Source: Okamejei kenojei (lineage: Eukaryota). Taken from it: 64,000 nucleotides of DNA. This document shows, one piece after another, positions 22,677 to 36,102 of the stretch (positions are counted from its first letter, which is position 1; each line of letters begins with the position of its first letter). The stretch covers positions 186,001 through 250,000 of the forward strand of contig JAVHYY010000112.1 in NCBI GenBank assembly GCA_035221665.1. Reading direction: 5' to 3'. The notes under the pieces are model-generated. The model was not told the DNA's origin. It saw only the letters and a list, made by a program, of their open reading frames with translations, and searched no databases. Made by a program: the position numbers and the translations under genes.

Positions 22677-25600
22677 TTTTACTTCGGAGTCACGTGAGTG
22701 ACTACGTGAAGAACCCGCCCCACGCTGGGCAACGGCATTACGTCGACGCTGACGCAGAAGCAGGAGCTGCAGTAAGGAGCAGCTCCTCGACAGCGGTAGG
22801 TTCGGAACCGGCAGGTAAGTGCTGTTGAAAAACTTTTTAGGACTAGAAAACTCCGTGCCTGGTGGAAACCAGGATTTTAAAGGTTTTAAAAACTAACTAA
22901 AAGTTTAAATTAAACAGATATACTCTGTTAAAATAACGGAGTTTTTAAAAAAGAACGTCCCAGGGGAATACCCAGCGATCGGGACGAGAGATTAATTACG
23001 GGGCCGGTTCCGATACTGGTACCGTTTAAAATACGGTAGAAAGGTTTAAATGCTCCACAATTTTGGCAGGATTTTTTAAAAGTCAGAAAGACTGTATTTT
23101 TAAAAAAGTTAATAAAATTCGCGATATGGAGAAAGTACTCCATAATATAAAAAGAGACTAGGGTTACAGTACCCAAACAGTTCCCCAAAAAAGACCCTGA
23201 GGGGCTTGAATGTACTAAAGACCAGGGTCACAGTACCCAAACAGTTCCCCAAAAAAAAAAGACCCTGAGGGGCTTGAATATACAAAATATGGCTATGTGC
23301 CAAATTGAAAAATAAAAACTCTGACCCTGGATAGGGTGGAGGAAGTCTCTTTGGATATAATTCCAAGTGGATCAGGGCTGCAAAAGACAGACCCTGCAAG
23401 TGGTGATGTGAATTATGAATACACACTACAAATAAAATAAAAATAAAAGTGAGGCCAGGTGTGCCTGAGATAGCAAAAGTTTTGCTATATCTAAAGGAAG
23501 TGGTGAGGCTATGGAAAAACCTAGCTACCTACAGTATGTATATGGTATCTCACCAACTTCATGATTCTGTGATGATTGAAATATTAAAATTGCACAGCAC
23601 AGGAAATTGTTGCCTCATTGGAAGAACCTACGGTTTATCCGTTAATATGGGCATTCATGACTCCAAATATGAGAGCGTCAAATAGTGAGGTTTAAAAATC
23701 CTCACAAATTTACTCTGCTGCTATTATGGCTTTTGGGCAGATGAAAGGAAAACATAAAATAAAGACGCTATTGTGCAATTTTTTCTATGAACTTTTGTAT
23801 AAAATAAATGGCTATTTGGCCCATTTTTCACCCAAGGTTGCATACCTGTGTCGAGCAAGTGGTGTTTAAGCTCTTGGTTATCTGTTTGGAATAATCTGCC
23901 TAACTTATTGAAATTGGATGAAAAGCTAAAATATTTTAGCTGCATGAAACCTTCGTCTTTGGACGAAAAGGTATTTTCGCCCAGAAGGGGATTTGATATT
24001 GGAAATAGAGGCAGAAATATGTCAAGGAAGTTTATTGTATTGCACAACCAAATACTTACCCGAATTCAGGGGATAAGGAGACCACCACGCTCATATGCAG
24101 AGGAATTAAAAGACGTGTTCCCTGCTTAAAGAAACTGCGGATTAATCTCCAGTTAGAGGGAGATTACAAAAAGTTTATTAAAACTGGCTTACTATTATTT
24201 TTGATCAGTATATTACGAGCAGTTTCATTAACTACTATTACTTTTAAAAACAAGAGGTTAATCCTCCTGTACAGAATAAACCTGCTTATGTTTTCGTGTT
24301 TCTGCATTGAAAAAAAACAGAGTTTTATGTCCACATTGCCTAATTATCTGGAAAAGGGGTAATGGAAAAGATTTTGAACACGAGCATAAATTTGTCTTTA
24401 ATGTTAGAAGGCATTACAGATGATGGTTGCAGAAGTATTCTGGACCTTACAGGTCTAAATAAGTTTGTAGAATACAAACATGTTCAAATGGAAGTCATGG
24501 AATACTGCAAAATATTTAATTCAGCAGGTTGTTATATGGACTAAGATTGATGAAAAGACGCCTATTATTCTGTACCTATGTATCAGGTTTCGGTGATACT
24601 TAAATTTTAATTGGTTGTGACAATTATGGCAGTTTAAGCTTTGCCAAAGGACTGAGTTCAGCTTTTTAATCTTTACGAAAACTGTTGAAACCAGTTTAGC
24701 CCAATTAGAGCACAAAATGCACATCATTATGGCTTATCTCAATGACATTTCTGGTCATTAGTGATTATCAGGAGTCAGCTGAGGACTCAGTTTCAGTTAC
24801 TAAAGCTTTGTGGTAAGCTAGGTTCTTAATTATCTAATTAAGCCCCAGCTGCAGCCAGCACAAAACAATTTACTTTTGGGGTTTGTAATTAACTCAGTGA
24901 CTATGTTAATACCTTTACCAACAGTTAAAGTCGATGATATTTTGGTAACTTGTCATTATCTTCATTCAAAACCTTATCCTTCCATCCGAGAAATGGTGAC
25001 AAACCATTGGTTGAAATTACTAGCAGCAGTTTCCTGCATTAGAATTTGGTTCATTACATTTATTGATATCTTCGAAGGTACAAGATACAAGCTCTCAAAG
25101 AGAAGGCAGGCCATTTGACAGGCCTATGTAATTAACAAAAAGAAGCTGTATTGGAATTTACAATGGTGGGTTAAAAAAGGAAAATGTCCCACAAGCTGCT
25201 AAATAAATATTATGATTAAACAGCCTGAAATGGTTTTACATACAGATGCTAGTGCTCTCGGATGGGGGACCACAGATTTACCCTTCCAGTTGTGGAGGTA
25301 GATGGAAAACTGAAGAACAAGTGTTTCTCCAAGAGTATGGTATTAACTATTGGGAGTTTATTGGGGGCCTTTTTATGGGCTTAAAGCATATTGTTGTGCT
25401 AAACAAGGTCTGCATGTGTTAATACAATTACACAATAAAACAGCTGTGGTTTACATTAATCACATGGGGAGAGTTGGATCAGTATCATGTGATTGTCTGG
25501 TCAATGAGAAAGGCAATGGTGTATTGGTCGGCAGATATGGATTGCAGTAAGCTATACTCCAGGTAAAGACAATGTGGTAGCAGATGAAAGGTCCAGGATT

Positions 25601-27618
25601 TTTAAAGATAATACGAAATGGATGTTTAAGCCACCAATATTTAAGAATATTGTTCGACGATTTGGGTTGCCAGAAATTGATTTGTTTGCATCCAGGCTTA
25701 ATCATCACTTGCCTCATTATGTGTCTTGGGAACACGATCCGGACGCAGTTGCAGTAGATGCATTTTTATTACACTGGGGAAAAAATGTTCTTTTATGCTT
25801 TTCCACCATTTGCTCTGATCCAGAGATGCTTGAAGAAAATAGAGCAAGATTCAGCTTCCGGATTGTTGGTAGGGCCAAATTGGCCAACTCAACCTTGGTT
25901 CCCAGTTATGCTGAATATGATTAAAGAACCGTATATGCAGATTCTTAACTGTAGTGATATCTTGACTAATCCAGTAACAAATGAAGATTATCCATTATAT
26001 GCATATATGAATTTGTTAATCTGCAGGTTTTGACCAGACCACTACAGGAACTGGGATTGTTGGACCAAACTTGACAGTTATTGGCACATCAGACGAGATA
26101 GCACACAGAAACAATATATGACACATATTAAGAAATTAGGAAGAATTTGCACACAGACAAAATATTTCTGAGGATTATGTGATGTGTTACTCATGTTTTG
26201 GAATTCCTTGCCAATTTGCGCTTTGGCCAACATTTAAGTTACAGTGTGCCATTAACACTGCACGCAGTGCCTTGTTCGTCCTATTTAGGACTTATGACTG
26301 GTGAAAAATCAATTGTGGTCGCATCCATTAATATCACGATTCATGAAAGGAATTTTTCACATGAATCCGCCTAAAACCTAGATATACAGAGATTTGGGAT
26401 GTGAGCATAGTACTTGCTCTACTTAGAGAATGGACGCCAATTGAAGGGTTGTCATTGGATAGGTTAACATTGAAATTGGTCATGTTAATGTCACTGGTCT
26501 CAGCCCAAAGAGTGCAAACTTTACAAATGTTGCGTTTAGACTGTATGCATGTGACTACAGATAAACGTTGTATTCTATGTTTACGATCTGATCAAACAAA
26601 GTAGACCAGGGAGATCTGGAACAAAGGTAACCTTTCAAGCTTTTCATATTGAGCTTGCTTTGTGTGTGTGGTTAGACATTTGAACCAATGTATTAAAGTG
26701 ACGGACACTTTTCGAGGAAACGAAAAGACATTGCTGCTTACGCACAAAAAGCCACACACAAAAGCTTCAGTTCAAACTATCTCAAATGTTGAAAACAGGT
26801 GTTGGTTTAGCGGGAATAGACACTGATGTCTTCAAATCTCACTCCACCAGGGCGGCAGCTATCGTCCGCGACGAAGGGGCGGGACGTACCTCTTGAGCAT
26901 ATTTTTTAAAAAAACTCGCAGGGTGGGAGTAAAGAAGAAACTTTTTCAAAGTTCTACAACAAACCTGTTCACGCTTACTATGACAAGCTTTGGACTCGCG
27001 GTGTTGGGAGCACTTTAATCACCTGCTTTGTTTGCTATTATTGCTATAATCAGTTGTGTAGTCACTGATATTTTATTGGTCACTTATAATCATTTTTTCC
27101 CTCAAATATAAGGAGGGTATTATATGGTCTTTCAGCCATTAAAAAAACTTGATTGTGAAAAGATCTAACTTTGTGTGCTTTCTCATGTATGTGTTTACTT
27201 AGCCGGATTGTCGTACGGATTTACTTCTACGACATAAAAAACACAGAAAGCTTTTAAAACTCTTCACGTAGTCCGCACTCACGTGACTCCGAAGTAAAAT
27301 AGTAAGACATTAAACGAGAACTCACCTGTTTCGAAGTTTGATCGTTATTTTACGAGGAGTTACGATGAGGGATTGACGTGCCCTCCGCTCCCACCTCTCG
27401 TAAAATAAATGATCAAATGGTGGTTCTAAGTCTTTTTATGAGCTTACTATGTTACTCCGGCTTTGGTGTTCTGTGTTTTTCAATGCCGTTGCTTTGAAGT
27501 ATGCCGTTGCCAGCGTGGGGCGGGTTCTTCTCGTAATCCCTCATCGTAACTCCTCGTAAAATAACTAGTCATCAAAACTGTATCGAACAATGCGTTTGAT
27601 TCTCGTTTAATCTTACTA
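22677..27618 (+). mobile_element. DIRS1-type retrotransposon with RT/RNase H, DAM-methyltransferase-like and tyrosine recombinase remnants
   Basis: ITR/ICR termini (ICR ~27261-27381). RT (ILDLTGLNKFV, YLND ~24735), RNase H (HTDAS ~25240), IDLFASRLN...YAFPPF...PNWPTQPW (25670-25910), and YR (LKLVMLMSLVSAQRVQTL; HSTR ~26840). Empty site at ~59055. Many frameshifts. A ~64-bp tandem repeat lies at 23155-23285. Confidence 0.92.
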
Positions 27619-28365
27619 TTATTAGTTACTGCAGGCAGAATAGTTTCTCATTTTTCCAACAAACCCTTTCACTGTTAGATTGATATCATTGCGATTTTTA
27701 TTAGCGATTCTTCTTCTATCCCCGCATTGAGTGTAGTTGGGTGAATCGCGACGTTCACACAGATAGAAACGTACATATACCACGCTTGCTTTTTAGTTGA
27801 CATGTTTTATCTGGACTTTGAGGGCACCACAACGAGGAGTACACACTCAAGGTACTGTCGCCGGTTGGACATGGCTAAGACTTCATTTACGGGCCTGTTC
27901 TGTCCTTAAATCCTGTTATATCACACCTTTTATCTTTACATCTCTCCCCTTGTGTCCAACTAACTGGCAATCGAAGGAATAACCCAGAATCCACCAGAGG
28001 CGAAAAAACACGCTTGACAGACATTGTGAGGCCACCCAACAAACCTCCAGGTCCTCAACCACTATCTTTCTGAAGAGGGGTCCGACCGTGTTAAAACGTT
28101 GCCCATCCACAGATCTGATACTCCCGCGAGTTAACTCCTGCACTTTGCGCACGTTTAGATTGTAAATAAGTATCTGCAGTTCGTTCTGTTTCAACATCTG
28201 CAGTTGACACTTCTTACACTCCCCTATTTCATACACCCCCAACTGGCTACGGTTGAGCGCCCTCCTGTGCAGATATTCAGTAACTGGAAAGCTGACCTTG
28301 GAGGAGCAAGAAAGTGCAGTCGCAGGTGACGAGCGGTTGATTGAGCTGTCACTGGACAAGGATGC

Positions 28366-28900
28366 CAATTTTATTTTTAATGTTTTTATTTATTAGAGGT
28401 AAATACATCAATGTACATCACATATATAAATTGTTACAATCATTGTACCCCAATAATTTTATGGCCTTTTAAAAAAAAATAGAAAGAATAGAAAGAAAGA
28501 GAGTGAAGTAGTGTGAAAAGCGTTGTGAATGTGAAAGGGCGTCGTGCCAAAGGGGAGAAGAAACCCCTTGCTCAACGAATTAGAGACAAGGGGGTTACGA
28601 GATAGACCCTAGAAAAGAAAAGGAAAAAAGAAAGACAAAGAGAGAGAAAAGAAAAAAAAGCAGTTTACTATATTAGTATATATCACTGCACAAAAGGCAA
28701 CCCCAACTCGATCGTTTTTCACCCCCCCCCCTACCATGGCCGCCAGGTACTCCTGCACCCTATCTTTGTATCAATTCTATAAATGCAGACACGTCTGATG
28801 GAATCGTTCTGATTTTTCTCCCAGGCAGGTGAGAGTCTCATATCTTCCAGATGTAATGTTTAAAACATAGTTTAAATCCACATATTCAATGTTCGGACGA
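28366..28900 (-). mobile_element. Probable L1-like LINE 3' end
   Basis: T-rich tail at the left on the plus strand; minus strand carries a decayed MWI...LHLEDMRLS C-terminal-like segment. Confidence 0.45.
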
Positions 28901-29229
28901 GGACATGTCAATTTCAATCAACGCCTCATCCTTATTCGCAGCATCGACGCATTGCGCAGGGAGGACAGCTTTCAGATCGTAGCTTCTCTACTCTTCGTGC
29001 GAAGGTGACGGATCAAAGTAAATAATTCTATGCATTAGCGACCACACGCAATTTTCTGTAACGAAAACATTGTGTAGTCCATTAGAGACAAATCTCAATG
29101 ACTAGAGATGCTGGGGAATTTACGGGGAAAAAAAAAAACTATGCGTTGGAGGAAACTAAGGGCGAGCGTCTGCCAGACATTGTACAATAATATGGGCGAA
29201 TGCGTGAGACGAGATGTAGCACACGAGGA

Positions 29230-29604
29230 CTGAACAGCGTAAGATCCCCACCAGAAGATTAAAGAGGGATAGACGGGTGGATATAACTGCAGGTATTGGT
29301 ACGATGCCTGTTTCTTCGCTGTCAAGCATGGTGCCCGCATCCTTTGTTCCAAACCCAATGACGCAAAGTGTCCCGCGATTCGGCCTCTCATTTCTCTCAC
29401 GCTAGGACTACGGATTGTTGGACTGCCTCTTGGAACCAAGGCAGGACTGGCTAATATTATTAACTTCGCCACTATCGTCCGCCCTGGCCTCCAATTGACT
29501 GGAACCACTTTGCCCCTTATTTACCCTAATCGTTTTGTCTCTCTGACTCACAACCGGTGATTCACACCGACTCAACAAAATGAGGGGTTGGCGACTGTAC
29601 ACAT
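29230..29604 (-). pseudogene. Highly decayed Ig-superfamily V-like exon, possibly Ig light chain/VpreB-type (paralog 45990-46339)
   Basis: Polypyrimidine-tgcag acceptor, then (D)VYS...PVVSQRDKTIRVNKGQS. The paralog gives NNIS(L)YCLSPRRSPQAVV and GFG; KQASYQ follows later. Canonical C/W/YYC residues are not intact. Confidence 0.35.
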
Positions 29605-30205
29605 CTGCAGCAAAAAATAAAACCATCTTCCTGGAGCTAGCGTCCATTTTGAACCATGTTGGGACCAGTATCCCGGCAAACTGCATAAAAAGGGCTGCAA
29701 GGAAGAAGTCTGTCAATATTAGTTTTTGGAAAATCTAAAGAGGTGGCACTGATTCACTTGGTCATCGTTTCCGCACAACGAGACGTTTTCTTTTGACGAC
29801 CACGGATGGATTCTGGCGCCGGTGTTGTTGAAGCACTGGTTGGCGGACGACCAAAACTCAGAAATAGGACAAGAAGCCACGCCAGTCTTACGCTGTGCTA
29901 GCAATGAGCAAGTTGTGGAATCGCTCTACGCTCTTGTCCGCGTCCTGTGATGACGTTGACAATAAAGCACTCGTCGATCTCCTGCGCTTACAGCTGCTGA
30001 TCAGCAACATTGCAAAATTCCCCCAATCGAGTTAATATCGCCAATGTAGAGTAGCACACCTCTGCATGTTTCCATTTGAATGGGTTTGTGTAATTATGGG
30101 CGGTCGTTATCTGACTGACCTGCTCGCCTAGTACGCAAACATAGTTTATTACTGTAATCTGTAACCATTATAAATCTAAATCCAATCGATGTGTTTCCCT
30201 CCCGG

Positions 30206-30330
30206 ACACCAACATGGCGATTTTGATTCACAACAGATGCCGCCCTGAAAATAGTCCGGGAGGTGGCGGTTCAGCTGCTCCGCGATGCCACCACGCCAGA
30301 CAGCCGCCCCCGAGAGAAGAAACTGAGTGA
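30206..30330 (+). pseudogene. Inverted 5' V-exon fragment facing V5
   Basis: Decayed acceptor (cccgg), then DT.HGD...QMPP and TTCAGCTGC (FSC); homologous to 47381-47490 and to the V5/V7 exon start. Confidence 0.55.
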
Positions 30331-30435
30331 GTTGGAGGAAGAACTCTCAGGCGGCGTGGAAACCACAACGAGCAAGCATGAGCGATGCAGTGCGCGTAAC
30401 CTCTTGCTGCACAGCCTACGAAAAGCTGCAGCTGA

Positions 30436-30473
30436 TGTTTTTGTAGGAAGGTTTCTCTTGTTTCCACACTGTG
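30436..30473 (-). other. RSS of V5 (CACAGTG-22-ACAAAAACA)
   Basis: cactgtg at 30467-30473, tgtttttgt at 30436-30444. Confidence 0.9.
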
Positions 30474-31487
30474 TGCCTCAAGGCCGCAGTAATAAACTGC
30501 AGAGTCGCTCAGCTCCAACCCAGATAAGTGTTTAAACTGACTAATTTTCTGTCGGTTCATGGAGCTGGACAGCAGAAGCGGCGAGCGCCAGCAAAATCTG
30601 CTTTCTCGTCGCTTCCTCCTGAATGTTTCCACAGTATGAACTCGGGCCTTGAGTCCTGAAAAATGATGCCGGTACCCAAATAACAAGTAGTTCGTTTCTG
30701 CGGTATCATAGGTGCAGCTGAAAGTCATCAACACTCTCCTTCTGCCTTAATTGTGCCTGAGGGCAGCGATTGTGTGACGGTATCGTCCATGCATATGGGA
30801 TCTGAAACAAAAGGATTAGATTTAAGTTTGTTAATACGTGCATCAAGAATCTACGCGAAAGTCCTATGTATTACATGCTCAACCTCAAAACAGATCACCG
30901 ATAATATACTTAAATACAATCAAACCAAACGCTGGTTCAATGGATAGATGAAAGGATGATAGAGAATGCAGAATAAGTTCATATTATTGTAGCGAATCAG
31001 TTCTAGGAAAACAAGGTCCAAATGTTGACACAGACTGTGGTGGACATGCATCGCGTAGCGTCTTCGCATTGCACATCGACGTTGAACCGAACATTGCCAC
31101 GCGGCGCTTATAGGGCGAGATTGGAACTGCAGATGCTGTATTTTAAAACGAAGTTAGAACACAAAAAAGCTGGAGTAACTTGAGCGTCTCATGCCAGCCG
31201 ATCTTGACAAAAAAACTAGGTGACATGAAGCAAGGGATCTCGAACACGAAACATACCTACTACAAATTCACTTTTCTCCGGGCATATGGGATGGCGAATT
31301 AGATAGTACCCCGCTTGTCCATTTACAAAACATCACGTGAGCGAAAGAAGTATCGACAGCAGTTCGCCATTCACATGATGGTCGACCTTTCGTCCGGAGC
31401 AAGTCTTATCACGTCGATTAAACGTTAGTCGATTTTACCTATCAGATATGCTCCAGCACACAAGACCAGACATGCGAAACACGCGCA
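30474..31487 (-). pseudogene. TCR V segment V5 (V exon 30474-30801, degraded leader ~31439-31487)
   Basis: DTVTQSLPS...MTFSCTYDTAETNY...YRHH...SGLELSDSAVYYCGL with many indels; leader lacks an ATG; paralog of V7. Confidence 0.85.
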
Positions 31488-32739
31488 ATAGTTTTACACC
31501 CGATGAAAACGCCCTTGTGAATGTCCCCTCCTCGATCCTGTCTGTGGACAGGATCTTCTTTCCGACTTCTCCTCAGCTGATTGACAGTGGGCTGACAGTA
31601 GTAATCTGCTTAGGCCCGGAAGTGCACTGACTTCCGCCCTAACACCACACTTCCTCCCCAAGTTGGACCTCGGTTTGTGTTTTTCAGGTTAGGTCATGTG
31701 TGACTGGTTTGGGGGAAAAAAACGTTCTCATTCGTGTCCGAAAAGTGAATCACGGTCTGCTTGGGATTTAAGAGGAGACTCTTAGTTTATCGATAATGTA
31801 TAAAGGCCTCTGCGTGATGAAGCGGGTCAATACGGAATTTCTAATAGGTCACGCTGATCATTGCCGTGGACGACAATTTATAATACTTTCTAGTTAAAAG
31901 AGAGAGCACTCTCCGAGTTCAGCGAGCATTACATCTCCCCATTGCCCACCACATCGAACCGAGCAAGGAACGGATTTGACGCGAGCTAAATGCTCAGTTC
32001 AAGGAATTCGAGCCACCTTAGATGTATTGCTTTCCGTTTTGCGCACGATTCGTATGAAATGATTCTTTGTCGAAGCAGAAAGTGGTGCAGGGAAACGACA
32101 CTTGTGCATACATCAGTTGCCAGCCCCCAAGGGACTGAGTATTAGTTTCTGTGAGATTCAGAGATACACCGAGTCGGAAACTCGACCATTCGGTGCACTG
32201 AGTTCCGCACAGATAACCCGGTACAGAGTAGCCTCCACACACTGGGACAATTTGTACATTGCTCAAGTCAATTGCATTTCTATAGCATATTTAAAAAATC
32301 TCTCGTTTGTCCAAGTGCATTATACATTAGTGCGGGTACTAGCGTGCTACAAACAGTGGTACATAGATCAATAAAACATACATACGTGCATAGTATAAAG
32401 CGCAACCCTCTAGAAGACCTCAAGAAAGGCTTGAAGAGTAAGAAATAAGTTTTAAGACAGACGTAAAATATTGATGGAGAGGGGCTGTTTCTGCTGAACA
32501 GGGATCTGCTTCCATATCCTAGGTATTTATAACAAGCCAATAGACCTAGCGACACATGTCCGTGAGTCATTTTGATCTGACTAGGCTAAAACCCCTGATA
32601 CAGCGGAGAAAACCCGTGGCAAGAATCACAAGACAGTATTCACAGCGTACAAACTGTACTTACATAGACATGCAACCCGTAGTCAGGGATATACCCGTTT
32701 CTCTGGCGCAGTAAGGAAGTATCTATACAGTTACGCCAA

Positions 32740-33700
32740 TCCGTGCGGCCGTGCCTACTTGCAAGCAATAATTGTGAGGATGAGTTGGCTAGGACTTTAT
32801 TCCATCGCATGCGCAGAGGGGGTGGAAGGGTGTACAAAATAATGGAGGAATTGTACGGGTAAAAGCACATAAGTCCAACCTTGACGATAATTGTAATAGA
32901 GAAAAGACAAGGGTACAGGTTGTAAGGTTGTGTGTGGGTGGGCTGTAATATTAACCAAAGGGGTAACCTTTTTACACAAAAGTTAGTGGGTGCCTCGAGC
33001 TGCCGGGGTAGATAGTTGAGTCAAGTAACTATCGTATCCTTTTGGACAGGTACAGGAAAGGATAGACATCGGATGAATATGCCAAGCGTAGCTGGTAGGA
33101 CAATTTAGATGCACATATTGTTCTGTGTTTGTGTGTGTGTGCGTGAGAGCGAATGAGAGAGTTCGTAGCGCTGTTCGCTGTCCCATGGCCCCATGGCACC
33201 ACGTGCTCAACCTCTTTTTTTGCTGCGGCTAGAGGTAATTGATTTTGGAGAGGTGTTGTTGGATTGGGAACGTATATTGTCGTACCATCATCTGCGTCAG
33301 GGGTAGATTTGCCATGATATCATAGTCATGGGCGTATACAGCATGGAAATGGGCCTTCAACACTCAATCGGCCCTCATGGAACAAAATGCCCATCTAGTC
33401 CACTAGTACACTATTCCAATCTGCCTGCGTTTCGGCCCAAATCCCTCTAAACCTTTCTCTTCCAAGTAAACTAAATCGAAATGTCTATTAAATGGTTGAG
33501 GATAGCGCACTGCAGAGCCTCAACAGCCGCGCACTTTTGGCAGGCCGTCGTTCCCATACACCCGTCTACCCAATGATTCTCATAAGAACTCTTCTCAGTT
33601 TCCATATTAAAACTCTCCTCTCGTCTAATACTGTTCGTCCTCGGACCTCTTTTTGCGGAAAGAAACAACGACTTTACGAAGAACCCTAACTACTGGATAA
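32740..33700. mobile_element. Two decayed CR1-type 3' fragments in opposite orientation (paralogs ~48780-49260 and ~49570-49930)
   Basis: RGH..KV..F.QRVV.W-like 3' LINE remnants on the plus strand, then a reverse-oriented tail. Confidence 0.5.
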
Positions 33701-34949
33701 AATACTCTGTGATATCACGTGAATCGCATGCTCCTCTACAGGATCATTTTATGTGGTATATTCCTGGAATTGCAAGTGCAAATGTTAGCAGTTAGATGGC
33801 GGATTCAGCTGTAAAAGTTGGAATTGATCCGAGGAGGAGCAGGGTTGGTAGGGACGATCGTCACAGCAACTGACGATGTTGACCCAGCCCAATAACCAGT
33901 TGGGATTGAACCAACTTAATGGCCTGGCATTGGTGCTTCATTGAGTCAGGCAGTTGGCAGTGACGACCGCGATACAGCTAAACGGCAACAGTACATTGTA
34001 ATTGTTACCAAACCGCTTGATTTTCCCTCACGTAATTCAGGTTAACTTAACACAGGACATTCAGGATGGCAGTAAGCAGACAGGATACAAAAGGGAGAGT
34101 AGCGGATTTTTCTCAGTTCTGTCGACATGCTTGTATCAAAAAACCCTGGGCATAGACAAGTAGAAACCACCTGACAATAAAAACACATAGCGCCGGAGTG
34201 CACACGCAGGTCGGCTGGCATCCGGGAAGGGAAATTAGATAAGGCGATCGTTTCGAGTGTGGGACCTTCGTTGGTCTGATTGTGGCAACTGGCCCCTAAA
34301 CATCACCTTGTCGATTTTCCTCTACTGTTGAAGCCGTGGTCTACTGAGTTTCTTCCCGCTACATTCAATGCTGCTCAATATTTTAACATCCGTCAGTTTT
34401 CATCACCGTCGAAAGAAGGTTCACATCCTGGAGAGAACTCGTGTAGGGCAGCAGGAAAGTATGTGAAAAGGGCGGTATGGCAGGAATATATTGTGGAAAA
34501 CGGCTTAATTGCCAGGTACGACCAATATAGCAACGGGACAATCAGAGACAAAGTATAGCCTGTGTCGTATTTTATGATAAACGGGGGGACTATGCATTGA
34601 ACACGTGTGAGGCAGCATTACGTGCAGAGGTTTTAGGGTGCACGTCATTCACTCGGTGACATGCCGTCCTTTCGGCGAGTGTTTTGGAAGATATCATTGC
34701 TACTGACTGGCGCTCTGCAGAATTCCAAAGGGCAGAAACTCCCCATTGTCCCGCAAGTCAAGGGAGGTATAGCCGTGCTGCTCCATATGGGCATTTTATA
34801 TGTAACAGTGTTCATTCATTCAATCCCTCAGACCCTAAAATGCACACACGCAGTCACGAACAGTCGATTTCGTTTTGACGCTGCTTAACCACTGCTCAAC
34901 ACAAAACGTTTCTTTTCAACTGTTTCTCATTATACGTGACAATAATAAA

Positions 34950-35150
34950 CTTAGTCTAAACCAAACTATAAACTAATCTACACTAAACCTAGAACTAAAA
35001 CTAAACAAACTAAACTAAACTAAACTACAAACAAAAAAATAACATAACTTACTGAATCTAATTAAACTAAACTAAAACGAAAATATGAAACTAAACTAAA
35101 CTGAACAAAACGGAACTGAACTAAACAAACTAAGCTACACTAAACTACTT
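34950..35150. repeat. (AAACT)n degenerate pentanucleotide repeat
   Basis: Repeated aaact/aaactg units. Confidence 0.85.
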
Positions 35151-35283
35151 AATGAAACTCATAGACAGGATTTGAGCCGTTGAATGCACAAATGACTTCA
35201 GGTAAAATACAAGTCATTACGATCGCTCATTATATTAACACCCGAGCCCTCGGGTAACCACAATTTTGATTTTATTGCTTCAG

Positions 35284-35790
35284 ATTTTTCCCTGATAAAG
35301 GCAATCACTCCAGCACTGTTTCGTCAACAGGTAGACCCCACCCCGCTCGCCGCTTTGTAAAAGCCAACGGAGACATTGGCCACGAAAGAAGGAGCGCTCT
35401 GTTGCCGCCGTGACACATCAATCACTAAGCCTTAACAAAGCCGCCATGTGTTCCTCATTATCTGGATGCGTGGGGAGACATAGTTGATAAGTAATAGGAG
35501 TACACACATACATTTCTATCTCTTTTACATGTGAAACAGGTAATGAATCTCAGACTGAAATCTCGCAGTCTGATCATGTTTGACCGTTTAGGGGACTGGA
35601 ATCGCCAGATGTCCGGCACAGAGCCGAGAACACATTACGGAAAGACAGCGATGGCGATAAAACGGAAAGCGATTTTGTAAAGTCCGTTTTTCTGTCGAAC
35701 TCCGCACAGGGAGTGAAATCAACAGTATAGACCATCTCAGATCTGGATCTGAGCGACTCAGCAGTTTATACCAGCACTATTTGAGCCGCA
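35284..35790 (+). pseudogene. Heavily degraded TCR V segment V6 (third family); possible leader near 34661
   Basis: WNRQMSGTEP (35597), KDSDGDKTESDFVK..FSVEL and TISDLDLSDSAVY (35731-35769). No intact YYC or RSS. The 5' boundary (ttcag acceptor at 35283) and the leader-like MPSFRRVFWKISLLLTGAL are tentative. Confidence 0.6.
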
Positions 35791-36049
35791 CCAGATGGGA
35801 ATCAGTACACACCCCCCCTGAACATGAACTAACCAGGTGGCGCCATGTGCACGTGTTTAAAAATCTAATGCAAGCCTCACACGGTTTCCTGTTCGCGGTA
35901 TTCCTGTCATTCTGAGCAATTGTGTTTACAAAGCCGGTTCTTGGTATGATTTGCACAGGTGCTTCGGGGCTTGCTTCAATTCTCTGGAGCCTGTCACTCC
36001 CCGAATCTCTTCCTTCCGTTACTGGTCCTGTTCTTTTTTATTCTCTCCC

Positions 36050-36102
36050 ATCCTCTCTCTCTCCCTCTTCTCCTCTCACATCTCTCTCTCTCTCTCTCTC
36101 TC
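36050..36102. repeat. (CT)n microsatellite
   Basis: CT-rich run. Confidence 0.85.

Noticed and set aside
25574-26033. Stand-alone DNA adenine methyltransferase gene, or phage/bacterial contamination
   Set aside because: It is the methyltransferase-like domain normally encoded by DIRS1 elements, lying between RNase H and the tyrosine recombinase within the ITRs.
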